From the NCBI GenBank assembly GCA_964385215.1, contig CAYLOF010000001.1, forward strand, positions 1-27,768: a stretch of 27,768 nucleotides of DNA, in the 5' to 3' direction. This DNA is from an uncultured Thermoplasmatales archaeon. Its GTDB lineage: Archaea > Thermoplasmatota > E2 > DHVEG-1. This document shows, one piece after another, positions 1-9,460 of this stretch (positions within the stretch are counted from its first letter, which is position 1; the number at the start of each line of letters is the position of its first letter). The translations under genes were made by a program, and so were the position numbers. The notes under the pieces were generated by a model. That model saw only the letters and a program-made list of their open reading frames with translations, was not told the DNA's origin and did no database searches.

Positions 1-11
1 AACCTAAAACA

Positions 12-52
12 TGAGGGAAATTTCCCTCACCTCTAATTTTTTTATTTTTTTA
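12..52 (+). terminator. Perfect 18-bp palindrome followed by T-tracts; probable terminator of a gene upstream of the window
   Basis: TGAGGGAAATTTCCCTCA (12-29) is its own reverse complement and is followed by cctctaa and two 7-nt T-runs. Confidence 0.6.
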
Positions 53-104
53 AAGCTAATAGCGATAGCTAACCTTCTTTTTTGAAAACACCATCAATAT
101 AACG

Positions 105-1355
105 ATGAAAATCTTTAAAAGAATGAAACAAGTATGGTTCTTCATGAAGAAAAAACATAATAAGCATATTTACAATCTTGTTACATTCATCTGTTTTATA
201 ATTATTACAGATCTCTTTTTAAGTGGATGCATCACTGAAGAAACAGAACCATATCAAAAAAAACTTACATGTGAAATTTTAGATGAGTCACTCAAGCAGG
301 GAACCCAATTTCTCATAAACAATCAGAAACCTGAAGGTAATTTCAACTATGAATACAACTGGATCAACAAATCAATGAACCCTGATGATAATGAGGTACG
401 TCAGGCTGGAGTATTGTGGGGAGTTGCTTTATTGTACAATGATAAGCCCAACGATACATTGTTTAATGTACTTAAGAAAGGATTTAATTTCTTCAAGAAC
501 TATTCTAAAGAATCAGAGGATAAAAGAAAATGGGTAACCTATCCCGATGATGATGTGGGTAAAACCGGTACAGTGGCACTTCTTAGTCTTGCAATTATTG
601 ATTTCCTACGTTCAGCTGAAAACATTGATGCAGAATACCGAGAGGAACTTGAAGATGATCTGGACAAATACTTAAATTTCCTTATATCGATACGTTTAGA
701 AAATTTCCTGTTTCATGAAACATATTATCTAACAAATGGTACAGGTTATGGGCCTCCATCGCCTTATTTTGATGGCGAAACATTATTGGCTCTCACTAAA
801 GCTGCAAAGTATATGCAAAAAGATGAACTAAAGCCTTATATCTTAGAAACAGCAAATGCTACCTATCATTATATTGTAGAACTTGAGCTAATCTATAAAA
901 ACGATTCGCCAATCACAAAAGGCTTCTTCCAATGGGGCTGTATGTCCTATTTTGAACTTGCCACATCTGGCTGGGAAGAAACTGAGAACTATTCTGATAT
1001 TTTGATTGATCTTGCAGATTGGATGATTGATGTCCATCATACGCTCAAACGTACAAGAAACACAGGCTATGCATATGAGGGCATTATTCATGCCTATAAA
1101 ATAGCCCTTGATGCAGGCGATGAAAACCACACTGAAAAATTCGCATCTGTTATCGATGAAGGTCTTTACAAATTAACCAGTTGGCAGGTAGAAGGTCCGG
1201 TACCAAATGCCTATCTACAGAATCATTCAACAACCGACAATTTTGCTATTGGTGGTATAATGAATCATAAAGAAGAACCACCCCTTAGAATCGATGTTAC
1301 GCAACATCAGATGCATGCTGTGATACTTGCACGTAAATATGTTTACGACTGCTAA
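105..1355 (+). CDS. Lipoprotein with alpha/alpha-toroid (six-hairpin-like) domain, function unknown; paralogue of 1367..2596
   Basis: Lipobox LSGC after a hydrophobic stretch (true start may be ATG 144). Motifs RQAG, KTGTVAL, YFDGETLLAL and LRIDVTQH match the neighbouring ORF. From memory it resembles the C-terminal domain of proteins often annotated as poly(glycerol-phosphate) alpha-glucosyltransferase or epimerase-like. Confidence 0.7.
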   Translation: MKIFKRMKQVWFFMKKKHNKHIYNLVTFICFIIITDLFLSGCITEETEPYQKKLTCEILDESLKQGTQFLINNQKPEGNFNYEYNWINKSMNPDDNEVRQAGVLWGVALLYNDKPNDTLFNVLKKGFNFFKNYSKESEDKRKWVTYPDDDVGKTGTVALLSLAIIDFLRSAENIDAEYREELEDDLDKYLNFLISIRLENFLFHETYYLTNGTGYGPPSPYFDGETLLALTKAAKYMQKDELKPYILETANATYHYIVELELIYKNDSPITKGFFQWGCMSYFELATSGWEETENYSDILIDLADWMIDVHHTLKRTRNTGYAYEGIIHAYKIALDAGDENHTEKFASVIDEGLYKLTSWQVEGPVPNAYLQNHSTTDNFAIGGIMNHKEEPPLRIDVTQHQMHAVILARKYVYDC

Positions 1356-1366
1356 TATGCCGCATT

Positions 1367-2596
1367 TCAATTTGTACTTGTTTCATTCAAGATATGATAT
1401 AGACCAAGAATACTACAAAGATTATGTTGGACGTAATCTATTCTAATATCATATGTGGTTAAATAATCCCTAAAGCCACCCAATGCCTGCTGAGGATTTG
1501 GCAAATCTGCGACATCTTCTGTTGTAAACTGCATTTGTAGCTGAAATTTGATCCCTAATTTTATGGAGTTGAGAATTTTCTTTTCCATAGTAGCATTGCC
1601 AAAATCAGTAGCCAGATGATATGCTGCAATAATCCCCTCAGAACGCGTCGCTGTAGGCGTAGCTCGCGTGCTAGAGTAACTACCTATAAACTTTGGATTA
1701 CCTGCTTCACCGTCCACCCCATCTTTCTGCGAATATATTATCGATTCTGCAATACGCATACTTTGATTGAGATACAAAGGATTGCTTCTGTACCGGTAAA
1801 GCTCGTTAAGAGCCATAAGCAACCAATGATCGTGAACCAGGCCATATGTTGAAATGTTCCCGTCTCGTACTAAAATAAGGTATTGAGCACCCTTTTCAGC
1901 CACGTCAAGCCATGTTTCATTGTTATCTAGGGAATATAACCGGCAGAGGGCAAGCAAAGCCTCACCAGGGTAATACTGCGATACAAAGTCCGATACTTCC
2001 CCAGTGGAATAGTAGCGTTTGCATAGAAATTCGCCAGTTTCCTTTTGTGATTGTTTTATATATTTAGTTAGATTTTGCATAGATGACAGAAAAATATCAT
2101 TGCCTGTGACTTTTGTGTATTCTGCTAAGGCAATAACTGCAAGGGCATTTCCCCCTAGTTTGATCTTATCGCCAAATACGATGCAACTGGCATTATCGTA
2201 TGGTTTTTCAAAATCTAGAAGGACATCTATGGCTTTTTGGGATTTGTTTAACAATCGCTCGTCCTTAGTGACGTTATACAATTGAAGCATAGAATATGTA
2301 GTTCCCGCATGTCTTAGAATATTATATTGACTGACGTTTACTGAATCATGCAATGCATCATACATATAGGCAAAGACCCCTTCATCACTAGTTGCATTGA
2401 TTAGATAGTTTCCTGCCATTCTTGATGAATTTAAAAGCATTTCAGGCGAAAAATAATTGTCAAGATTAAAATCTCCATTTGTATTGGTTTGATTATCCTC
2501 ATTGGACTCTGGTTGATTTAAAAGATAAACGCTTATTGACAACAAAGTGATAATGATCAAAACTATGCCTAATTTGCCAAGTGATTCTTTTCTCAT
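1367..2596 (-). CDS. Membrane-anchored or secreted alpha/alpha-toroid protein; paralogue of 105..1355
   Basis: ORF open from 2659; the ATG at 2596 (MRKES) directly precedes a hydrophobic segment and an Asn-rich linker. Motifs YNILRHAG, KLGGNAL, YYPGEALLAL, DHW, IRIDYVQH. Confidence 0.7.
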   Translation of the reverse strand: MRKESLGKLGIVLIIITLLSISVYLLNQPESNEDNQTNTNGDFNLDNYFSPEMLLNSSRMAGNYLINATSDEGVFAYMYDALHDSVNVSQYNILRHAGTTYSMLQLYNVTKDERLLNKSQKAIDVLLDFEKPYDNASCIVFGDKIKLGGNALAVIALAEYTKVTGNDIFLSSMQNLTKYIKQSQKETGEFLCKRYYSTGEVSDFVSQYYPGEALLALCRLYSLDNNETWLDVAEKGAQYLILVRDGNISTYGLVHDHWLLMALNELYRYRSNPLYLNQSMRIAESIIYSQKDGVDGEAGNPKFIGSYSSTRATPTATRSEGIIAAYHLATDFGNATMEKKILNSIKLGIKFQLQMQFTTEDVADLPNPQQALGGFRDYLTTYDIRIDYVQHNLCSILGLYHILNETSTN

Positions 2597-2818
2597 TTTT
2601 TCAGCAACCAAAGTAGATTCCCATTCATATATACTTTGCCATCTAAAGATAGATATCAATGGTATGAAACACTGTCCTTAAAACAGCGGCTTTAATTCTT
2701 TGTTACATATTAAGATCTATTCGGTAGAAAGGCATAAGCTTTAGGTTACTGACCAATATTATTTTAGGGTTATGTTTTTAAAGCAATACTGATATTTACC
2801 TTTATCAGGTGAAAAACA

Positions 2819-3370
2819 ATGAAAATAAAATTAATAACAACCGGGATTTTTTTTACTTTGATTCTTGCCAGTTTAAGCGGATGTGTCGAGGAAAAAACAA
2901 GTGGAATAAATGTATCACTTAACACTCTTGCGTTAACTTTAGATGACATAGGTAAAGAATGTAAGGTTATTGATGAAACACATGAAACCGAACCATATAC
3001 TGTTGAAGAAGGCCTCATATTGGATGGTTGGTATGTGCTTGAGAAATATGAAATATGGTTTTCCTTTGGCGAATATGATGTAGCTCAAACTTTAGTTAAA
3101 TTAGATTCCAACGAAAAGGCAAGTGAATTTATTGAGGTTGTCGGGATAAATTTGAGTGGACAATTCCCAGAATCACAGACAGATTCCATAGGCGAAGACT
3201 TGTATTTTGGAAAAAATAATACCATTGGAAATTTGTCTATATATTTGTTATGCTTCAAAATTGAAAATGTGGTGGTCATATTATTTGGAACTGTTCCTAC
3301 AGAAGAAACACTTATAAATTATGCAAACATAATAGAAAATAATTTAAATGAAGCAACTACCAAAAATTAG
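2819..3370 (+). CDS. Hypothetical lipoprotein
   Basis: AGGTGA RBS, lipobox LSGC-VEE, acidic mature domain. Confidence 0.75.
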   Translation: MKIKLITTGIFFTLILASLSGCVEEKTSGINVSLNTLALTLDDIGKECKVIDETHETEPYTVEEGLILDGWYVLEKYEIWFSFGEYDVAQTLVKLDSNEKASEFIEVVGINLSGQFPESQTDSIGEDLYFGKNNTIGNLSIYLLCFKIENVVVILFGTVPTEETLINYANIIENNLNEATTKN

Positions 3371-3396
3371 ACTAATACTTTAATAGGGTGATTGAT

Positions 3397-3897
3397 ATGA
3401 AATGGCAGATATTGGTGACATTTTTTATTGCCAGTGTACTAACTTTTAGCGGATGTGTAGAAATAAACGATAATAATGGCAATAACACTGATGAATTGAA
3501 GGTAATCGAATATTCCATCATCACAGAGGCATATAGTTATAATACCAATTGGACAAACTTTGGCGATGGTTTTTACCCTAATGATCTACCTGAAATTGTC
3601 CACAATGATGCAGGAATCTATTTGGCTGACGAATTTACCAAGGCTAGGTATAGGATAAACGGCACGGTAAAAAACATAGCAGATCATGTTCTTAATTCTG
3701 TTATAGTTAACCTTATTTTCTATGATGGCAATAATACCTTTCTAACTTTGGAACAACTGAATAATTTTAGCAAACTCCCAGTGGGAAGTACATGGACTTT
3801 TGAATATGAGTATGATTTTAACGATGATTATTTTGAGGATGTGAATCATTTAGAAATAACGACAGGGCCCCCCTCAAAAGAAGTGTCAGATGGATGA
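3397..3897 (+). CDS. Lipoprotein with FxLYD-like Ig-fold domain
   Basis: GGGTGA RBS before ATG 3397 (ORF track starts at GTG 3388). Lipobox FSGC-VE; C-terminal half INGTVKN...VIVNLIFYDGNN resembles the FxLYD pattern. Confidence 0.65.
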   Translation: MKWQILVTFFIASVLTFSGCVEINDNNGNNTDELKVIEYSIITEAYSYNTNWTNFGDGFYPNDLPEIVHNDAGIYLADEFTKARYRINGTVKNIADHVLNSVIVNLIFYDGNNTFLTLEQLNNFSKLPVGSTWTFEYEYDFNDDYFEDVNHLEITTGPPSKEVSDG

Positions 3898-3945
3898 TGA
3901 GATGTTTAAATATTATCCATTCATCTTAAACATGGAGTTAGACGT

Positions 3946-4911
3946 ATGTGCAGACAAATGTTCACGTATGTGATTTTCATAGTGATATTGATCGCTGCCT
4001 TCAGTGGATGTGTAGAAATAAAGCACAGTCAGAATAATAAATCCCCTCTGATAAACAATGTTGAAATCCTTGGTAAAGGCAACTATCCCACAATACAGAG
4101 TGCTATTGATAATGCTTCTGATAATGATACTATATTTGTTTATAGTGGAACGTATTCTGAGAATATTGATGTGAACAAATCAATTGAGTTGATAGGCGCT
4201 GGAAGAGAAACTACATTTATTGATGGTAACAATTCAGGAGATATCGTCCATATTTCTGCCAACTGGACAAAGGTCAGTGGATTTACAATACAAAATGGTG
4301 GGGATGGTTTATATGATGCAGGAATCTATGTTCATTCAAACAATGTAGTCATTAGAGATAATCTCATCTTAAACAATACATATGGAATATATTTCCATCG
4401 AGAGTCACAAAAAAATAATGTTACCAATAATACAATATTAAACAATCAAAACGGTATTTATTTAATATCTGCTATCTACAACAATATCTCGTTAAATACT
4501 GTAACTAACAATACCCATTATGGGCTTTATGCAAGAGATCACTCAAGTTACAATACACTGTGGAAAAACACATTTTCATACAATGATGATGGCATGCGTA
4601 TCAAAACTTCAAAGTACAATAAAGTTTTTGAGAACAAGATTATAAATAATTATGATAAGGGACTTTATGTTTGTTGTTCATCAAACAACAATTGGATATA
4701 CAAAAATACCCTATCTGGAAATGTTAATAATGCGCAGGACAGCTACTCAAATCAATGGAATTTTAATTATATAGGAAATTATTGGGGCGATTATACAGAA
4801 AAATATCCTGATGCAAAAGATGCAGATGGTGATGGCATATGGGACACGCCGTACGAGATTTCAGGAGAAAGTAACACAGACGAATTTCCTTTGACAGAAC
4901 CGTATAGTTGA
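3946..4911 (+). CDS. Lipoprotein with right-handed parallel beta-helix (NosD/CASH-like)
   Basis: Lipobox FSGC-VE; YPTIQSAIDNAS..DTIFVYSGTY.ENI cap; repeated N-x-I-x-x-N-x-I-x-x-N-x-x-GI coils; C-terminal GNYW.DY...DADGDGIWDTPY motif. Confidence 0.85.
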   Translation: MCRQMFTYVIFIVILIAAFSGCVEIKHSQNNKSPLINNVEILGKGNYPTIQSAIDNASDNDTIFVYSGTYSENIDVNKSIELIGAGRETTFIDGNNSGDIVHISANWTKVSGFTIQNGGDGLYDAGIYVHSNNVVIRDNLILNNTYGIYFHRESQKNNVTNNTILNNQNGIYLISAIYNNISLNTVTNNTHYGLYARDHSSYNTLWKNTFSYNDDGMRIKTSKYNKVFENKIINNYDKGLYVCCSSNNNWIYKNTLSGNVNNAQDSYSNQWNFNYIGNYWGDYTEKYPDAKDADGDGIWDTPYEISGESNTDEFPLTEPYS

Positions 4912-4988
4912 TTTAATCAAATCAAAAATGAAAAATAGATTTTTAAGGCATTTTTCGTTAATATGTTTACTATAAGAAGGAAAATGAT

Positions 4989-5756
4989 ATGAAGGAAAAA
5001 ACAACATTGTGTGTCATACTGCTAATTTTCTTTAGTATGCTTTTAACAGGATGTATGAATAATGGTTCTCTATCTAACTGTGCTGTAATAGAGGGCAAAG
5101 GCACTTATTTAAAAATTCAAGATGCAATTGATGCCTCATCTGAGGGCGATACGATTCATGTATATGTGGGAACATATTATGAAAGCATCATACTAAACAA
5201 ATCAATCCATTTGATAGGCGATGGCAAGGATAAAACAATCATTGACTACCATAAAAACGATTCTGGAAATATTATTGCAATCAGCAAGAATCAATGCACA
5301 ATTAAAGGATTCACAATAACAAATAGTATGAAAAAATTTGGTTCAACATGGTTCATAAAAGGCATCGAAATCGATTCATCAAATAATTCAATATCTAATA
5401 ATTACATATCAAATACTAGCTATGGCATTCAAATTTTACCCAATTCAAGAAATAATATAATATCCAGAAACATGATATTTAATAACCAGAATGGTATTGA
5501 AATATGGCAATCATCATATAACAAAATCTTGTCAAATAATATATCATTAAATAGTCAATTTGGCGCCCTCATATTTGAAAAAGCAGAGTATAACGTGATT
5601 TCAAGTAACATTTTTTCAAATAATAATGAGGCAGTTCGACTTAAGGATGTACAATACAACACAATTAAACAAAATGTACTAATTAACAACACAAAAAACA
5701 TAGAACAATGCTGTGGAGCAAAGAATAATAACATTTACGAAAATACATATGAATAA
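4989..5756 (+). CDS. Lipoprotein with right-handed parallel beta-helix (NosD/CASH-like), short form
   Basis: Lipobox LTGC; IQDAIDASSEGDTIHVYVGTYYE cap; Asn/Ile coils; lacks the DGDG C-terminal cap. Confidence 0.85.
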   Translation: MKEKTTLCVILLIFFSMLLTGCMNNGSLSNCAVIEGKGTYLKIQDAIDASSEGDTIHVYVGTYYESIILNKSIHLIGDGKDKTIIDYHKNDSGNIIAISKNQCTIKGFTITNSMKKFGSTWFIKGIEIDSSNNSISNNYISNTSYGIQILPNSRNNIISRNMIFNNQNGIEIWQSSYNKILSNNISLNSQFGALIFEKAEYNVISSNIFSNNNEAVRLKDVQYNTIKQNVLINNTKNIEQCCGAKNNNIYENTYE

Positions 5757-5784
5757 TTCATAATAAAAATTTGGAGAGAGTTGT

Positions 5785-6174
5785 TTGCATTCAAATAGAA
5801 AATTTTTGATAGCCGGAATTGCTGTTCTGTTTTTGACAGGCGGATTTAGTGGATGTATTGATGAAGAAAATGATGAAAGTCAAGCTAATATTTATATATC
5901 CTTAGAAGAGCTTGAAAACCATCTTGATACTTACTTAGGAAAGGAAATCACTACAGAAGGTTATGTAGATGAGGGTTTTGGGGATAATATGAGTTCATCA
6001 TATGTTGCTGCTCTTTGCAGTTCCAATTCTTCCAATCCCCTATATTGTGTGCTGATAAAAATTCCAGTTAATGTAACAATTGATAAAGGCATGTATAAAA
6101 TCACAGGAATAATAGAAACACACGACATAACATCAATTCCAGTGATCAATGTCACTTCAGCAATACCGATATGA
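5785..6174 (+). CDS. Small lipoprotein, possibly OB-fold-like
   Basis: GGAGAG RBS with TTG start; lipobox FSGC-IDEE; helix then YLGKEITTEGYV strand pattern; two Cys in the mature part. Confidence 0.65.
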   Translation: MHSNRKFLIAGIAVLFLTGGFSGCIDEENDESQANIYISLEELENHLDTYLGKEITTEGYVDEGFGDNMSSSYVAALCSSNSSNPLYCVLIKIPVNVTIDKGMYKITGIIETHDITSIPVINVTSAIPI

Positions 6175-6260
6175 AAAAAAGATTCGATCTGTGTATAAAA
6201 ATTGAAAAAAATGAGTTGATTTAACCAGTTCTAGTTGGATATATTCTGTCACGGTTGATA

Positions 6261-6279
6261 CTTTGCCTTTTTTTTCTTT
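6261..6279 (+). terminator. Oligo-T terminator after the lipoprotein array
   Basis: ctttgcc followed by an 8-nt T-run and cttt, downstream of the last lipoprotein stop. Confidence 0.45.
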
Positions 6280-6332
6280 AAAATCTAGATGATTTCAGTG
6301 CTTCTCTTCAGTACACGAGTTTCTAGATGTAC

Positions 6333-6345
6333 AAAAAGTTTAAAT
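6333..6345 (+). promoter_or_regulatory. BRE/TATA-like promoter for 6405
   Basis: AAAAAGTTTAAAT about 60 nt upstream of ATG 6405; GGGGCG RBS-like element before the start. Confidence 0.45.
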
Positions 6346-6404
6346 AATTAACAATCGTTTATATAATTAATAATAGATAACCAATTTATGGGGCGTGAAA
6401 CAAT

Positions 6405-8090
6405 ATGAGGTACATATTATCAAAAAAAGTGCTAATTTTAGCAATAACGACGCTGTTGATTCTAGTAACCATACCAAGTTTTTCAAGCGAAATAGAAGAA
6501 ACAAACAAAGTAGTTGATCTTTATGATGAGCCAGTAAGCAGTTCAACAGCAAAGGGGACTCATACAGTACTTGCTGAATATGGTACTTCTACTACATGTG
6601 GCTATTGTAAATATGCAAATCAAGCATTGAAAAATATTTACTGGGGCGGGGCACAAGATTTATGTGTAGTTACATTTGTCGCTCAAAATTCATATTCCTC
6701 ATCAAGATTCAGTGAATATAATCTTTATGGATACCCAACCGTCTGGTTTGATGGTGGATATCAGGTAGTTGTTGGAGCAGGTAGCACTTCTTCTGCACAA
6801 GCTAATTACAATTCAGCAATAGATCAATGTGAGGTTTATTCTGTATATGATGTTGATCTTCAATTATCAGCTAATTGGCTGGGAAGTGCAACTATGCAGA
6901 TTAGCGTTTCTGTTCAGAATAATGAAGCCTCGACATATGATGGACACATTCGAGTTTATGTTATAGAAAAAAATTCTACCTACTGGCATGATACAAATAA
7001 TCAACCATATGGTTTTGCGTTTCTGAACTATGCTTTTAATCAAGATATATCAATAGGAGTCGGTAATACATGGCAGAGCTCTACTGTTTGGAATGGAAAC
7101 GATTATGGTTTTGGATCAATAACTCAAGATAATACGATGGTTGTTGCAGCAGTATTTAATGATGATTGGCATCAGGGATATTCCTATCCGCCAAGCACTA
7201 ACCCATTTGATGCTTATTATGTTGATGAATCAACAATTGCAATTCCTGTTTTGGATAATAACCCGCCTGAAATATCTAACGTTTTATCAACTCCGCCGGT
7301 TCAAACGTCCGGAGATTATGTAAATACTTCTGCAGATGTTATTGATGATAGTGATGTAGATCAAGTTAAAGCAGTAATTACGTATCCCGACATGTCTTCT
7401 GCAAATGAAACAATGGCTGAAGATAGCGGCGATACCTATTATTTAAACGATATTTATTCAATGATTGGAACCTATAGTTATCATATTTGGGCAGAGGATG
7501 TTAATGGCAATCAGAACACATCGAGCACATATACATTTGAAATTGTTTCACCACACATAGCTGATTTATCGCAAAATTGGAATTTTATATCACTACCATT
7601 TAACCAGTCAATAGACAAGGCAGACATCATAGTAAACTACAGCGGTCTTGACCATGCCTGGGCTGATGCAGTAACAGCTGGCATTATAAACGACGTCATC
7701 TTTGGATGGAATCGTGCTACCCAAGGATACGAATTTGCAAATACCCTTGAACCAGGATATGGTTATTGGATATATGCTTATAATGCCTGTGAACTTTTGG
7801 CACCAGAAGTAAGTGCAATTTCTGATGGTTTTATAACAAATCTCGAGGTAAATTGGAATATCGTTGGTGCCCCAGACGATCAGTCAGTAGACAAAGCAGA
7901 TGTTCTTGTAAACTATGGCGGTACTGATTATAACTGGGCTGATGCAGTAACAGCTGGTTACGTAAATGATGTTGTATTTGGATGGAATGGTGCTACCCAA
8001 GGATACGAATTTTCAGATACTCTTATGCCCGGCTATAGTTATTGGATTTTCGCGTACTATGATTGTTCATTACTTCGCACCATTGTTTAA
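6405..8090 (+). CDS. Secreted protein: thioredoxin-like CxxC/Omp28-like N-terminal region, Ig-like domain, and two copies of a 92-aa C-terminal domain
   Basis: Signal peptide; VLAEYGTSTTCGYC (C65-C68) with GYPTVWFDG cis-Pro-type motif; beta-sandwich with HIRVYVIE; DNNPPEISNV Ig-like domain; two NWN..S/GxP...WADAVTAG...PGYxYWI units. Confidence 0.7.
   Translation: MRYILSKKVLILAITTLLILVTIPSFSSEIEETNKVVDLYDEPVSSSTAKGTHTVLAEYGTSTTCGYCKYANQALKNIYWGGAQDLCVVTFVAQNSYSSSRFSEYNLYGYPTVWFDGGYQVVVGAGSTSSAQANYNSAIDQCEVYSVYDVDLQLSANWLGSATMQISVSVQNNEASTYDGHIRVYVIEKNSTYWHDTNNQPYGFAFLNYAFNQDISIGVGNTWQSSTVWNGNDYGFGSITQDNTMVVAAVFNDDWHQGYSYPPSTNPFDAYYVDESTIAIPVLDNNPPEISNVLSTPPVQTSGDYVNTSADVIDDSDVDQVKAVITYPDMSSANETMAEDSGDTYYLNDIYSMIGTYSYHIWAEDVNGNQNTSSTYTFEIVSPHIADLSQNWNFISLPFNQSIDKADIIVNYSGLDHAWADAVTAGIINDVIFGWNRATQGYEFANTLEPGYGYWIYAYNACELLAPEVSAISDGFITNLEVNWNIVGAPDDQSVDKADVLVNYGGTDYNWADAVTAGYVNDVVFGWNGATQGYEFSDTLMPGYSYWIFAYYDCSLLRTIV
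7567..8066 (+). repeat. Intragenic tandem duplication with a 276-bp (92-codon) period
   Basis: CTGGGCTGATGCAGTAACAGCTGG identical at 7658 and 7934; TTTGGATGGAAT..GTGCTACCCAAGGATACGAATTT at 7701 and 7977; cagtca at 7605 and 7881. Confidence 0.9.
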
Positions 8091-8146
8091 TAAAACCTTT
8101 AATATTCCAACGCCATAATAGAGCAAATATTTGGATGTGAAATACA

Positions 8147-9406
8147 ATGATAGTAAAAAAAAGACCGAAGAGATATCATCAAACTAAAAAAATAACTACT
8201 ATCATTTGTATAATCAGTTTACTCGCTACAGTTCCATTACTTAATGCGTCAATGGTGTATACTCTTACATGTAGTACTGATCATTCAGAATACTATCCTG
8301 GGGAGACTGTACAGATATCAGGCTATCTAAAAAATGATGGAAATGGGGTAAGCGGTTCAGTTTGTGTCGAAGTTAAATATGGCGGAGAAACGGTATTTTC
8401 TATTTGCATTTCAACTTCATCCAGTGGTTACTATGGCACGTTTTATACTGCAAATGGTTTGGGATACTATTCTGTTAAAGCTGAGGCTCATGACTATAGT
8501 GTTACAGCATATGATTCATTCAAGGTAGTATCGACTTCTGTAATTGCCGATGCCAATGGACCATATTATGGAGTTGTTGATCAACCCATACAGTTTGATG
8601 GAGGTGTTGATGGAGGAAAATCTCCACATACATGGCTTTGGATTTTTGGGGATGGTACCAATACATCAAGTGACAAAGATCCCGTATATACCTATTATTC
8701 GATAGGCAATTATACTGTTAGTTTAACCGTTCGTGACGATGGCGGGCACGAAGGTGAAGATCAAACCACTGTAACTATAACAAATGAGCTGGTAGCTGAT
8801 GCAAATGGTCCTTATGAAGGTCCACCAAACATATCAATTAGTTTCAAAGGACTAGCGTATGGTGGTTATCCACCATATTCATATGAATGGGATTTTGGTG
8901 ATGGCGATAGTTCAAACGAGCAAAACCCTGATTATAGCTACAGTTTGCTTGGTTCATATACTGTCAATTTAACAGTTACTGATGGAAAGGACATTCAGAC
9001 AACAGACTCAACAACTGTAGCTGTTGCTGAGAACTATCCACCAAATAAACCAAGCACTCCAAATGGCCCAACAAATGGGAAAGCCAATACTGAATACACA
9101 TATTCAAGTGATACCACTGATCCAAATCAAAACCAGATTTACTATCTATGGGACTGGGGAGATGGAAATACGAGTGGATGGCTTGGTCCTTATGAATCTG
9201 GAGTTATCGTAAATGCTTCATATATTTGGAGTGAAAAAGGAGATTATGAAATTAAAGTAAAGACTAAAGACGTATACGAAGCAGAAAGCGAATGGTCAGA
9301 TCCACTGCCGATCAGCATGCCAAAAAACAGAAACACACCATTCTTGCGATTTTTGCAAAATCACCTATATATATTTCCAATCTTGAGACAACTACTTGAA
9401 TTGTAA
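8147..9406 (+). CDS. Secreted PKD-domain surface protein with an amphipathic C-terminal tail
   Basis: Signal peptide; MG2/Ig-like N-terminal domain; two ADANGPY...W.FGDG..S...P.Y.Y..G.YTV.LTV PKD domains; a PP.KP...GP...WDWGDG PKD-like domain; tail MPKNRNTPFLRFLQNHLYIFPILRQLLEL. Confidence 0.85.
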   Translation: MIVKKRPKRYHQTKKITTIICIISLLATVPLLNASMVYTLTCSTDHSEYYPGETVQISGYLKNDGNGVSGSVCVEVKYGGETVFSICISTSSSGYYGTFYTANGLGYYSVKAEAHDYSVTAYDSFKVVSTSVIADANGPYYGVVDQPIQFDGGVDGGKSPHTWLWIFGDGTNTSSDKDPVYTYYSIGNYTVSLTVRDDGGHEGEDQTTVTITNELVADANGPYEGPPNISISFKGLAYGGYPPYSYEWDFGDGDSSNEQNPDYSYSLLGSYTVNLTVTDGKDIQTTDSTTVAVAENYPPNKPSTPNGPTNGKANTEYTYSSDTTDPNQNQIYYLWDWGDGNTSGWLGPYESGVIVNASYIWSEKGDYEIKVKTKDVYEAESEWSDPLPISMPKNRNTPFLRFLQNHLYIFPILRQLLEL

Positions 9407-9460
9407 AAATTACTCAAATAATCGCTTTTATTCATTCTTTATTAAATGATTAACAAAAAT

